IMG/VR virus record: IMGVR_UViG_2531839554_000008
Source of the DNA: a virus
Taxonomy: Duplodnaviria > Heunggongvirae > Uroviricota > Caudoviricetes
Reading direction: 5' to 3' (one strand)
DNA: 14,441 nucleotides
The position numbers and the translations under genes are program-made. Within the stretch, counting starts at the first letter, position 1, and the number at the start of each line of letters is the position of its first letter. A model generated the notes under the pieces. That model was not told the origin of the DNA and did no database searches. It saw nothing but the letters and a program-made list of their open reading frames with translations. Below, in pieces: positions 1 to 7,330 of the stretch.

Positions 1-31
1 CCTTTAGGATGTACAAAATGAGACAGAAGAG

Positions 32-256
32 CTATGCGACTGCCGCTTCTACTTCGACGGGCACAATAACACTGGCGTGATTGCCTTTTGGCCCCTGGTG
101 GACATCAAACTGAACGGATTGTCCAGCTTTTAGCGTTCTGTAACCATCCATCTGAATGGTGGAATAATGAGCGAAAATATCTTCGCCGCCGCCTTCAGGG
201 CAGATGAAACCAAACCCTTTGGCATTGTTGAACCACTTGACAGTACCCTTTTCCAT
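32..256 (-). CDS. cspD: cold-shock-domain protein CspD
   Basis: 74-aa ORF MEKGTVKWFNNAKGFGFICPEGGGEDIFAHYS... with the KGFGFI RNP-1-like motif of the CspA family. ATG at 256-254 is preceded by AAGGA; the track ORF 32..286 extends upstream to a TTG. Stop TAG at 34-32. Confidence 0.93.
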   Translation of the reverse strand: MEKGTVKWFNNAKGFGFICPEGGGEDIFAHYSTIQMDGYRTLKAGQSVQFDVHQGPKGNHASVIVPVEVEAAVA

Positions 257-472
257 GCTTCGACATCCTTCGCAAATCTTATACAAGTAAGATGGAATAA
301 ACCGGGGTCAGAGAGGGGGCTGTTCAAAACCTCGCCAACTCTAGAAATACAATTTAGAGAATTAGGGCGAGCCGTCAAGCATTTGACAGGGGCCAGGGGG
401 CAGGTATGAATCAAAAATTTGAAGCAGTTAACGCTATTGACAGGAATGTGACAGATGTCGCTGATGCCAACG

Positions 473-494
473 ATAGATGATAGTTATTTATCAG
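473..494. repeat. candidate attL core (ATAGATGATAGTTATTTATCAG)
   Basis: 20 of 22 positions identical to 11304-11325; identical 11-mer ATGATAGTTAT at 477-487 and 11308-11318; outermost repeat pair bracketing the island. Confidence 0.4.
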
Positions 495-497
495 TTA

Positions 498-640
498 GTG
501 TTCGCGGGTGTTCGCCGTGGTGTATCTGTCTCATTTATTGCTATGATTATAAAGGAAAATTTCGTTTTTCTTGTTCGCCCTTGTTCGTCGCTGTTTGCCC
601 TTGTACGATGCACGGTGTAGTCAATGGTGTAGTTAATTTT
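498..640. repeat. left arm: phased (G/T)TGTTCG repeats plus tandem GGTGTAGT(C/T)AAT pair (candidate integrase/RDF arm-type sites)
   Basis: GTGTTCGC at 498 and 508; TTGTTCG at 571 and 581 (10-bp phasing); ACGGTGTAGTCAATGGTGTAGTTAATTTT at 612-640 matches 11211-11239 at 28 of 29 positions. Confidence 0.55.
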
Positions 641-660
641 GATGACCGGAAATACGAAAC

Positions 661-1899
661 ATGAGCAGGGCAATTCATAGACTTAGCGACACTCTTTTAC
701 GAAAATTAAGCGGATCACCAACCACAAAAAACACCTTTTTTAATGATGGTGGCAACCTTAGCGTAAGGCATTCAACCAATGGCCTGTTAACTTGGTATTT
801 CACTTACAGGGCCGGAACTGGCAGGCAGGTATCACCGGAACGCCTGAGACTGGGCAACTATCCCGATCTGAGCCTGAAAGCAGCCAGAGAAAAAGCGGCA
901 CAGTGTCGCGCCTGGCTGGCTGAGGGGAAAAATCCGCGCTATGAACTTAATCATGCTGTACAGGACGCGTTAGCCCCCGTGACGGTTAAGGAAGCGCTCA
1001 CTTACTGGCTTGAATCGTACGCAAAGGAAAAGCGCACTGACTACGAATCACTGAAAAGCCGGATCAATAAACACATAATTAGCCAGATTGGCGCTATGCC
1101 ACTGGAAAAATGCGAGCTACGGCACTGGTTGGCCTGTTTTGACCAGATGGCAAAGCGAAGCCCAGTATCTGCCGGATTTTTGCTACAGGTATGCAAACAG
1201 GCGCTTAAGTACTGCCGAAAACGACGATACGCAATCAGCAACGTTCTTGATGATATGGTTGTCGGTGATGTGGGAAAAAAAGCAGAAGTGAGCGAGCGCG
1301 TACTAACAAACAAGGAGCTTGGGGAATTACTCCGCGCCCTGGATGACAAAATATTCCCGCCATACTACAGCGCCCTAATTCGCCTCCTGATTGTTTTTGG
1401 ATGCCGTACCACTGAGCTAAGGCGCTCTGAGGTGCAGGAGTGGGATTTTAAAGAAATGCTCTGGACAGTACCGAAGGAGCACAGCAAAACGAAGGTCGCC
1501 ATATTCAGGCCAATACCGGAAAGCATTTTGCCGTTCGTCACGCAACTGGTGGAGCAGAACAGACACACGGGCTTATTGCTTGGTGAACTGAAAGGACAAT
1601 CTTCGGTAGCAGAGTACGGAAGAACAGCGCACAGACGAATTAATCAAGCCCCTTGGACGTTACACGATATCCGGCACACATTTACAACCATGCTGAACGA
1701 TTTAGGCGTGGATCCGCATATTGTCGAGCAGCTTACAGCCCACCAGATGCCAGGGATGCAACGAGTCTATAACCACTCCCGCTATCTTGATGCAAAACGT
1801 GATGCTCTTAATCTATGGGTAGACCGTCTCGAGCTTCTCCAGAACAATGATGAAAAAATCGTTGTTATGACCCCACGAATTTACACCCAAAATTCTTGA
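661..1899 (+). CDS. int: tyrosine site-specific integrase, P4-type
   Basis: 412 aa. N-terminal arm-binding-type region (LSD..LRKL...WYFTYRAGTGRQV...LGNYPDLSLKAAREKA); C-terminal catalytic signature LHDIRHTF ... VYNHSRY (H-x-x-R and Tyr nucleophile). Adjacent to the island end. Confidence 0.93.
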   Translation: MSRAIHRLSDTLLRKLSGSPTTKNTFFNDGGNLSVRHSTNGLLTWYFTYRAGTGRQVSPERLRLGNYPDLSLKAAREKAAQCRAWLAEGKNPRYELNHAVQDALAPVTVKEALTYWLESYAKEKRTDYESLKSRINKHIISQIGAMPLEKCELRHWLACFDQMAKRSPVSAGFLLQVCKQALKYCRKRRYAISNVLDDMVVGDVGKKAEVSERVLTNKELGELLRALDDKIFPPYYSALIRLLIVFGCRTTELRRSEVQEWDFKEMLWTVPKEHSKTKVAIFRPIPESILPFVTQLVEQNRHTGLLLGELKGQSSVAEYGRTAHRRINQAPWTLHDIRHTFTTMLNDLGVDPHIVEQLTAHQMPGMQRVYNHSRYLDAKRDALNLWVDRLELLQNNDEKIVVMTPRIYTQNS

Positions 1900-2308
1900 C
1901 AAATTACGGCTGTTTTTTCTTTAAGAGATTACAGCCGTGAATAAATCGACGAATATCGACAAAGTTCGTTGTGTTTTTATTTGTCAACCATCGAAAAAAT
2001 TGAAATGTCTTCTTCTGAATTCTTATTCTCTGTTTTTTGATCGTTCCCGCAATCGATGGTTTATCTGTTTGTTTTTAATGAGATAATTCAAACGTAATGC
2101 CAAATGACGACATTTTTTGTTGCGTCGCTTAAAAACTCGTGACACGATTTTAAACACTAACGAGCTTCTACGAACCTTAGCGAACAAAGCCTTTAGCAAG
2201 GTTGTGTTTTTAATTTAAGAGGTGAAAAAGAATCTAAGTAATATCCGATCTCATATATCTACAGCTAAGAGAAAAGTTTATATACGTAATTTTTATGTAG
2301 GTTTTTGT

Positions 2309-2518
2309 ATGCGTGAAATAAATGAAGATCGCGTAATCCGTGAGGATGAATGTCGTAAGTTAACTGGAGTGTGTCGCACTACACGCTACGAACTGGAGAA
2401 AAAAGGATGCTTTCCGTCACGTCTTAATCTGGGTGGTCGCTCTGTAGGTTGGCTGCTGTCCGAGGTTATGGAATGGGTTAAAAGCCGGGATCGCATTAAT
2501 TCAGGCAAGGCAGCGTAA
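2309..2518 (+). CDS. alpA: AlpA-family transcriptional regulator / excision activator (small HTH protein)
   Basis: 69 aa MREINEDRVIREDECRKLTGVCRTTRYELEKKGCFPSRLNLGGRSVGWLLSEVMEWV... matches the AlpA pattern (R..TG.s..t.Y......FP......G.sVGW...E...W). In-frame ATG at 2309 chosen over the track GTG at 2222. Lies downstream of int as in P4-like elements and PICIs. Confidence 0.85.
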   Translation: MREINEDRVIREDECRKLTGVCRTTRYELEKKGCFPSRLNLGGRSVGWLLSEVMEWVKSRDRINSGKAA

Positions 2519-2532
2519 AGGGGAGTATATGA

Positions 2533-2565
2533 CACATAAAACAAAGGCGACCGGAGGCGGTCGCC
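2533..2565 (-). terminator. rho-independent terminator, minus strand
   Basis: 8-bp GC-rich stem GGCGACCG/CGGTCGCC (2546-2565) with a 4-nt loop, followed on the minus strand by UUUGUUUUAU (2545-2536). No U-tract on the plus side. Confidence 0.55.
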
Positions 2566-2656
2566 AATGGGAAAACACTAAACATAAGCCCGAACATCAT
2601 AGCGATTTGCTGGCTGGTGGGCAATGTGATCAGTGTGCTGGCTTGCTGGTGGGCTA

Positions 2657-2836
2657 TCAACCTTTTGGCTCGATACCGCGCTGTTGTAATTCTTTGCGGA
2701 TTATTCGCTTTATCCAGGCAGCAAGAGAATCATCGCCGTCCTGTTGTTGTGCTTTTTCCATCTTTTCCCGTAAGTCAGGATCTAAACGGAACTGGAACGG
2801 AGGATTACCACGCCTTTCGTTTTTGTGTGTTGACAC
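2657..2836 (-). CDS. small ribbon-helix-helix-like DNA-binding protein (putative repressor), 59 aa, not in the ORF track
   Basis: Minus-strand ORF GTG(2836)...TGA(2657): (M)STHKNERRGNPPFQFRLDPDLREKMEKAQQQDGDDSLAAWIKRIIRKELQQRGIEPKG. The pattern strand FQFRL, helix PDLREKMEKA, turn, helix AAWIKRIIRKEL fits Arc/CopG-type RHH. GGGGTG lies 8 nt upstream of the GTG; followed by the minus-strand terminator at 2533-2565. Plus-strand ORFs here (2529..2942, 2617..2841) are Cys-rich and implausible. Confidence 0.45.
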   Translation of the reverse strand: MSTHKNERRGNPPFQFRLDPDLREKMEKAQQQDGDDSLAAWIKRIIRKELQQRGIEPKG

Positions 2837-2857
2837 GTTAATTACACCCCATGTAAT
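2830..2857 (+). promoter_or_regulatory. sigma70-type promoter (TTGACA-N16-TGTAAT) for the icd-like-to-primase operon
   Basis: Perfect -35 TTGACA at 2830-2835, 16-bp spacer, -10 TGTAAT at 2852-2857; first downstream gene starts at 2970. Confidence 0.45.
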
Positions 2858-2865
2858 GTATTTAT

Positions 2866-2884
2866 GTGTAATGACACATTACAC
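2866..2884. promoter_or_regulatory. candidate operator: palindrome GTGTAATG-aca-CATTACAC
   Basis: Perfect 8-bp inverted repeat with 3-bp spacer just downstream of the -10; the half-site TGTAATG also overlaps the -10 (2852-2858). Sits between the divergent RHH ORF and the plus-strand operon. Confidence 0.4.
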
Positions 2885-2969
2885 ACAATCGGCGCAAAAA
2901 GCAAAGCCCCGCAAGTGTCGTTACCACTGGCAGGGCTTATAACCACAAACCGTTATGAGAGGTAGTTTT

Positions 2970-3167
2970 ATGGCTGTAAGACAGCATACCCCACACCTAG
3001 CGCACACACAAACGGCCTTTGTGTGGCGTTTTCTGGCACTGAGTGCCGGAGAATCTCAAATCGTCCACGTAACCGCCTGGACAGAACGCGAAGCGCGTAA
3101 CCGTTGTCCGTCCGGTTGTGTCGCTGTATTCGCTGCCCGTATTCGTCAGGGGGTGTGCCATGATTAA
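2970..3167 (+). CDS. Icd-like / Ash-family small protein (tentative)
   Basis: 65 aa MAVRQHTPHLAHTQTAFVWRFLALSAGESQIVHVTAWTEREARNR...FAARIRQ. The motif pattern W-R-F-x-A ... T-A-x-x-E-x-E-A-R ... F-A-A-R resembles Icd-like proteins of P4-type elements, from memory only. GAGAGGTAG RBS 4 nt upstream of ATG 2970. Confidence 0.5.
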   Translation: MAVRQHTPHLAHTQTAFVWRFLALSAGESQIVHVTAWTEREARNRCPSGCVAVFAARIRQGVCHD

Positions 3168-3471
3168 CCTGTCACTTACTGACCTTAACCGCATTCAGTT
3201 TCGTGAGAAATTTACCGGGCAGCTACTGGTCAATGTGGATAAAGGCCGCGTGGTGTGTAATTACCACCTGCCAGATGAAGCAATTGTCGCAACAAGGGAA
3301 TCATTACAGGAACTCGCAGACAAAGCGCATAAGCACGCCACCAGCGAAACAGAATATGCCGGGGCTTTCGTTCCTCACTCACTGGCTGTTATGCAATTTA
3401 GTGCTGATATGGCGCTGAATGAGGCAGGCAAAATTCTTACCGCAGATATTCAAGGGGTGCACCATGCATGA
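3160..3471 (+). CDS. hypothetical protein (103 aa)
   Basis: ORF MINLSLTDLNRIQFREKF...; AGGGGG RBS upstream of ATG 3160; overlaps the previous stop by 8 nt and the next start (ATGCATGA) in operon style. Confidence 0.6.
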   Translation: MINLSLTDLNRIQFREKFTGQLLVNVDKGRVVCNYHLPDEAIVATRESLQELADKAHKHATSETEYAGAFVPHSLAVMQFSADMALNEAGKILTADIQGVHHA

Positions 3472-3691
3472 TGACCGTTATTTTAAATCAATGAGCCATG
3501 CAGAAAATGCACTGACTAACAGTGAATGCTTGCGGCAAATATTGCTTATTTGGCTTGATGGTTTAAGTGATGCGCCGGAAGATGAACGTGAATCTAATCT
3601 TGCTGGTGCGTTTATTTCATTACTCGATACGGTAATCGTCGAATTAAATAAAGCGATCGAAATTCACGATAAAAAAATAAACGCGGAATAA
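3464..3691 (+). CDS. hypothetical protein (75 aa)
   Basis: ORF MHDDRYFKSMSHAENALTNSECLRQILLIWLDGLSDAPEDE...; start overlaps the upstream stop (3469-3471); AAGGGG upstream. Confidence 0.55.
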   Translation: MHDDRYFKSMSHAENALTNSECLRQILLIWLDGLSDAPEDERESNLAGAFISLLDTVIVELNKAIEIHDKKINAE

Positions 3692-3696
3692 AAACC

Positions 3697-3984
3697 ATGA
3701 AAAATAAAAATTCTGGCTTTACCGCCAGCGGCCCCGCTCGTCCTGAATTTATGAACGGCGATATTTACCGCGATAAATATGGCGGCATGGTAACGATTAA
3801 AGGCGTGGCAGAACGGCGCATCACTTACCGCCGTGATGGCTACGAATATGACTGCGTGATGCCTGTTTATCAGTTCCGGCGTGATTTCACGCTGGTGGGC
3901 CATCGTAAAGCCGTAAATCAGAAACGTGCAGCAAGCTATATCCGCAAAATCCGTGAAATGCTGGTCGCAGGGGGTAAGAAATGA
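3697..3984 (+). CDS. hypothetical protein (95 aa)
   Basis: ORF MKNKNSGFTASGPARPEFMNGDIYRDKYGG...; stop overlaps the primase ATG (ATGA at 3981-3984); weak RBS. Confidence 0.55.
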   Translation: MKNKNSGFTASGPARPEFMNGDIYRDKYGGMVTIKGVAERRITYRRDGYEYDCVMPVYQFRRDFTLVGHRKAVNQKRAASYIRKIREMLVAGGKK

Positions 3985-5735
3985 AACTGGCACCGAACGT
4001 AAAAAAACAACCACGCGGAATAAAACACAAAGACACAGAGGTAATTATTTTCGCGGGTAGTGATGCGTGGGCACATGCAAAACAGTGGCAGGAGCAGGAC
4101 GGCCCCGCATCCGGCGATGATGTGCCGCCTGTGTGGCTTGGGCCAAATCAGCTTGCCGAACTTGATGCGCTGAAAATTGTTCCGGATGGGAAAAAACGCG
4201 TAAGGCTGTACCAGGCCGGAGAACTGGATTTAGTGGAGACCAAAAAGATTGGTCAGAAGCTGGCGGCGGCAGATATTCAGGATGCGAATTTTTACCCTGA
4301 AGGAACGCACGGTCAGGAGGTGGAAAACTGGCGCGAATATCTGGCCCGTGAGCGCCAGAATCTTTCTGATGGTCTGGTGATTGAGCTTCCGGTAACGCAA
4401 AAGGCGCAACTTTCGCAGATGGCAGACAGTGAGCGCGCACTGCTGCTGGCTGATCGCTTTGATGGCGTTTGTGTGCATCCGGAAAGTGAAATCGTCCACG
4501 TCTGGCGCGGCGGGGGATGGTGTCCGGTCAGCACAATGGAACTGAGTCGCGAAATGGTGGCGATTTATTCAGAACATAAGGCCACTTTCAGCAAGCGCGT
4601 AATCAGTAACGCCGTTGAAGCGTTAAAAGTTATTGCCGAACCAATGGGCGAGCCGTCCGGTGATTTGCTGCCGTTCGCCAATGGTGCGCTTGACCTGAAA
4701 ACGGGGGAATTTTCCCCGCACTCGCCGGAGAACTGGATCACCACGCACAACGGTATTGAATACACGCCGCCAGTACCAGGGGAGAATATCCGCGACAACG
4801 CGCCAAACTTTCATAAATGGCTTGATCACGCTGCCGGAAAAGATCCGGGCAAGATGATGCGTATATGCGCCGCGCTATACATGATTATGGCGAACCGGTA
4901 CGACTGGCAGATGTTTATTGAGGCCACCGGAGACGGCGGGAGCGGCAAGAGCACTTTCACGCACATAGCCAGCCTTCTGGCAGGGAAACAGAACACCGTA
5001 AGCGCTGAGATGACATCGCTTGATGATGCTGGTGGGCGTGCGCAGGTTGTCGGGAGTCGGCTTATTGTCCTGGCAGACCAGCCGAAATATACAGGCGAAG
5101 GCACGGGCATCAAGAAAATCACGGGCGGCGACCCCGTGGAAATTAACCCGAAATATGAGAAGCGTTTCACAGCGGTAATCAGGGCGGTTGTGCTGGCAAC
5201 CAATAATAACCCGATGATATTCACCGAACGGGCCGGAGGTGTGGCACGTCGTCGCGTGATTTTCCGTTTCGACAATATCGTCAGTGAGGCCGAAAAAGAC
5301 AGGGAGCTACCGGAAAAGATTGCGGCTGAAATCCCCGTCATTATCCGCCGATTACTGGCGAACTTTGCAGACCCTGAAAAGGCGCGGGCTTTACTACTGG
5401 AACAGCGTGACGGTGATGAAGCACTGGCAATAAAGCAGCAGACGGATCCGGTTATTGAATTTTGCCAGTTCCTGAATTTTCTGGAGGAAGCACGTGGCCT
5501 GATGATGGGCGGCGGTGGCGATTCCGTGAAGTACACAACCAGGAACAGCCTTTACCGCGTCTATCTGGCGTTTATGGCGTACGCAGGCAGGACCAAACCG
5601 CTAAACGTAAATGATTTTGGCAAAGCCATGAAGCCCGCCGCAAAAGTTTACGGACATGAATATATTACGCGGAAAGTTAAGGGGGTAACGCAGACTAACG
5701 CAATAACAACCGACGATTGCGACGCATTTTTATAA
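3981..5735 (+). CDS. replication initiation protein, P4-family primase C-terminal / SF3-helicase-like P-loop NTPase (PICI pri-rep-like)
   Basis: 584 aa; Walker A GDGGSGKST; upstream motif LPFANGALDLKTGEFSPHSPENWITTHNGIEYTP typical of the phage/plasmid primase P4-family C-terminal domain; Walker B-like RLIVLADQP; AGGGGG RBS. Followed by an iteron-rich region. Confidence 0.88.
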   Translation: MKLAPNVKKQPRGIKHKDTEVIIFAGSDAWAHAKQWQEQDGPASGDDVPPVWLGPNQLAELDALKIVPDGKKRVRLYQAGELDLVETKKIGQKLAAADIQDANFYPEGTHGQEVENWREYLARERQNLSDGLVIELPVTQKAQLSQMADSERALLLADRFDGVCVHPESEIVHVWRGGGWCPVSTMELSREMVAIYSEHKATFSKRVISNAVEALKVIAEPMGEPSGDLLPFANGALDLKTGEFSPHSPENWITTHNGIEYTPPVPGENIRDNAPNFHKWLDHAAGKDPGKMMRICAALYMIMANRYDWQMFIEATGDGGSGKSTFTHIASLLAGKQNTVSAEMTSLDDAGGRAQVVGSRLIVLADQPKYTGEGTGIKKITGGDPVEINPKYEKRFTAVIRAVVLATNNNPMIFTERAGGVARRRVIFRFDNIVSEAEKDRELPEKIAAEIPVIIRRLLANFADPEKARALLLEQRDGDEALAIKQQTDPVIEFCQFLNFLEEARGLMMGGGGDSVKYTTRNSLYRVYLAFMAYAGRTKPLNVNDFGKAMKPAAKVYGHEYITRKVKGVTQTNAITTDDCDAFL

Positions 5736-5744
5736 TTTTTTGCA

Positions 5745-5980
5745 GTGGCTGTCTACCCTGTCTACCTGAGCGATAAAAGTTGTTTTGATTCAGTGTGTTA
5801 ATTTGGGTAGATAGCTTTTTTTTACTGTCTACACACTATCTACCCTGTCTACCTGTTTTGGTAGCCAGTCGGAGGGATGGGTAGACATCATGTAGACAGA
5901 GATTTTTTACTGTCTACCACCATGAAACCCGCGTCATTACTGGCCTGAGCATCCACCAGGTAGATAAGGTAGACAAGGTG
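5745..5980. repeat. iteron array, candidate replication origin
   Basis: At least 11 copies of GTCTACC / GGTAGAC and close variants in both orientations (e.g. 5751, 5760, 5847, 5912 forward; 5880, 5968 reverse); 20-bp unit CTRTCTACCCTGTCTACCTG at 5749-5768 and 5836-5855; AT-rich runs between. Immediately 3-prime of the primase/helicase gene. Confidence 0.6.
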
Positions 5981-6023
5981 GGGGTATCTCCAAAACTTTT
6001 TAAACGAGGGGGTAAAAACAAAA

Positions 6024-6281
6024 ATGCACACATCAGGAAAACTTAACAATCAGAAGAAGCAACATAGCCGCCCCATTGACCTTACAGAGCACTGGCTGAG
6101 GGTGGCGATAAAAATCATCGACCGCAACGCGGGAGAAGGATACGCGAAAGCACATCCTGAACTGATAAGCGCATTCATGACCACGGCGGCAGCAAACTTT
6201 GCCACGCTGACAGAACGGGAGATTGCCGAAGCGGAACAGGTGACAACCATCAACGTTAAAACCGGAGAGCAGACAGCATGA
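6024..6281 (+). CDS. hypothetical protein (85 aa)
   Basis: ORF MHTSGKLNNQKKQHSRPIDLTEHWLRVAIKIID...; GAGGGGG RBS 10 nt upstream; stop overlaps the ssb start. Confidence 0.6.
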   Translation: MHTSGKLNNQKKQHSRPIDLTEHWLRVAIKIIDRNAGEGYAKAHPELISAFMTTAAANFATLTEREIAEAEQVTTINVKTGEQTA

Positions 6282-6700
6282 CAGCACAGATAGCAGCTTA
6301 CGGGCGGCTGGTGGCTGACCCGCAGTTAAAGACCACCAGCAAAGGGACACAAATGACGATGGCGAGTATGGCGGTCCCCCTTCCGTGCAGCCAGGCAGAT
6401 GACGGACAGGCGACGATGTGGTTATCCGTGATAGCGTTTGGCAGACAGGCCGAAGCGCTGGCAAAGCACCGCAAGGGGGAACTCCTGAGCGTGGCTGGTA
6501 ACATGCAGGTGAACCAGTGGACAGGCCAGAACGGGGAAACGCGGCAGGGCTGGCAGGTTATCGCAGACAGTGTAATCAGTGCCAGAACGGCGCGACCAGG
6601 TGGTAAAAAAGGCCAACAGGGGCAGGCCACTGACGCACTGAACAGGGCAAAACAACAGGCGGGGAATGATGATCCGTACGGGGATAACATACCGTTTTAA
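6278..6700 (+). CDS. ssb: single-stranded DNA-binding protein (short phage/plasmid-type SSB)
   Basis: 140 aa; OB-fold region aligns by eye with E. coli SSB (YGRLVADPQLKTT..., W-x-x-V-x-x-FG-x-x-AE, KG..L.V.G.....WT.Q.G..R); C-terminal acidic tip ...DDPYGDNIPF like SSB DDDIPF; GGAGAG RBS. Confidence 0.8.
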   Translation: MTAQIAAYGRLVADPQLKTTSKGTQMTMASMAVPLPCSQADDGQATMWLSVIAFGRQAEALAKHRKGELLSVAGNMQVNQWTGQNGETRQGWQVIADSVISARTARPGGKKGQQGQATDALNRAKQQAGNDDPYGDNIPF

Positions 6701-6715
6701 GCAACGAGTAACAGA

Positions 6716-6738
6716 AGCTGGAGCAATCCGGCTTTTTT
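6716..6738 (+). terminator. rho-independent terminator after ssb
   Basis: Stem GCUGGA/UCCGGC (one G-U pair) with GCAA tetraloop, followed by UUUUUU (6733-6738). Confidence 0.6.
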
Positions 6739-6812
6739 ACGGGTCCTCCCGGTGTAGTGACCTGCCACGGGGCGGGAGCGTCGCGGAAAAAGGCTGGTTT
6801 TTGCATTTTCAT
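6732..6812. repeat. ~81-bp direct repeat, copy 1 (CTTTTTTACGGGTCCTCCCGGTGTAGTGACCTGCCACGGGGCGGGAGCG...TTGCATTTTCAT)
   Basis: Near-identical (about 2 mismatches) to 9266-9346; both copies begin at the U-tract of a terminator. Confidence 0.8.
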
Positions 6813-6998
6813 GGCGGCGGCAGCATGTGTGATAATTTATTGATAATTAAAAATTATTTCTGTTTTCACCTGTACAATATTTTTTTCTCCCTGTCATTAG
6901 ACTAGTTTGCAATTAATTGAAATATATAAATAAATTGGTTTTTCACCTGCCAGATGGAGTTGCCTGTGCAAAACGTGTTCAGATGGCGGGATATTTAT

Positions 6999-7021
6999 GC
7001 CGGATTCTCTCCGGCTTTTTT
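6999..7021 (+). terminator. rho-independent terminator in the ssb-to-capsid gap
   Basis: Stem GCCGGA/TCCGGC with loop TTCTC, followed by TTTTTT (7016-7021). Confidence 0.5.
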
Positions 7022-7123
7022 GTGTCTGAATCTGATTAATCTATTTTTATGATAGAAATATGTTTATCTACCACTTTTATCGATCAATAATGCGCGCAGT
7101 TTAGTCAGTAAGAGGAAGTTACT

Positions 7124-7330
7124 GTGAATTGTATTAACGACCTGAACACAGGCGAGGTAAAAGGTGGTTCCGTTCATCTGGATGCGCAGACCGTTATGCG
7201 CCTTAAGCAGTACAGGATCGACCATATAAATCATCATCCTAACAAACCATTACCAGGTGTGGCGCAGATTGTCAGACATGCCGTAAACACCTGGCTTAAT
7301 CAGAATGGTTTTGCATCGGTGGGGGAATAA
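7124..7330 (+). CDS. hypothetical small protein (68 aa), first gene of the capsid operon
   Basis: GTG start with AGAGGAAG RBS 6 nt upstream; MNCINDLNTGEVKGGSVHLDAQTVMRLKQYRI...; stop overlaps the ATG of the capsid gene (TAATG). Possibly a small DNA-binding protein; not assignable. Confidence 0.55.
   Translation: MNCINDLNTGEVKGGSVHLDAQTVMRLKQYRIDHINHHPNKPLPGVAQIVRHAVNTWLNQNGFASVGE

Noticed and set aside
130-673. ORFs 130..414(-), 167..409(+), 455..664(+), 491..673(-) and a 24-codon ORF at 406-480
   Set aside because: The first two overlap cspD in other frames; the others lie across the att and arm repeat region. No family resemblance; the 24-codon ORF has a plausible SD but is too short to support without conservation data.
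1041-1568. Short ORFs within and antisense to the integrase gene (1041..1349, 1088..1291, 1365..1568)
   Set aside because: Embedded in a strongly supported gene; no independent signals.
1896-2308. Possible promoter or terminator elements and small ORFs in the AT-rich int-to-alpA gap
   Set aside because: Only weak hexamer matches and an inverted repeat with a 17-nt loop (1907-1938); nothing reaches a standard I would report as a feature, though the alpA promoter must be here.
2529-2942. Plus-strand ORFs 2529..2942 (137 aa) and 2617..2841 (74 aa) in the alpA-to-operon gap
   Set aside because: Cys-rich, low-complexity translation with no recognisable fold; they run across a minus-strand terminator hairpin, the promoter/operator and the antisense of a better minus-strand RHH-like ORF. 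Treated as shadow ORFs, although AAGGGG lies just upstream of ATG 2529.
4045-5536. Minus-strand ORFs inside the primase/helicase gene (for example 4826..5536, 236 aa; 4045..4440)
   Set aside because: Antisense to a well-supported long gene; Pro/Ser/Arg-rich translations typical of antisense frames of GC-rich coding DNA.
6576-6812. Minus-strand ORFs 6576..6812 and 9152..9346 sharing the N-terminus MKMQK.AFFR.APAPWQVTTPGGPVKK
   Set aside because: The shared part is simply the translated 81-bp DNA repeat; beyond the repeat boundary each ORF continues through a terminator into the antisense of ssb or the capsid gene, and the two diverge completely.
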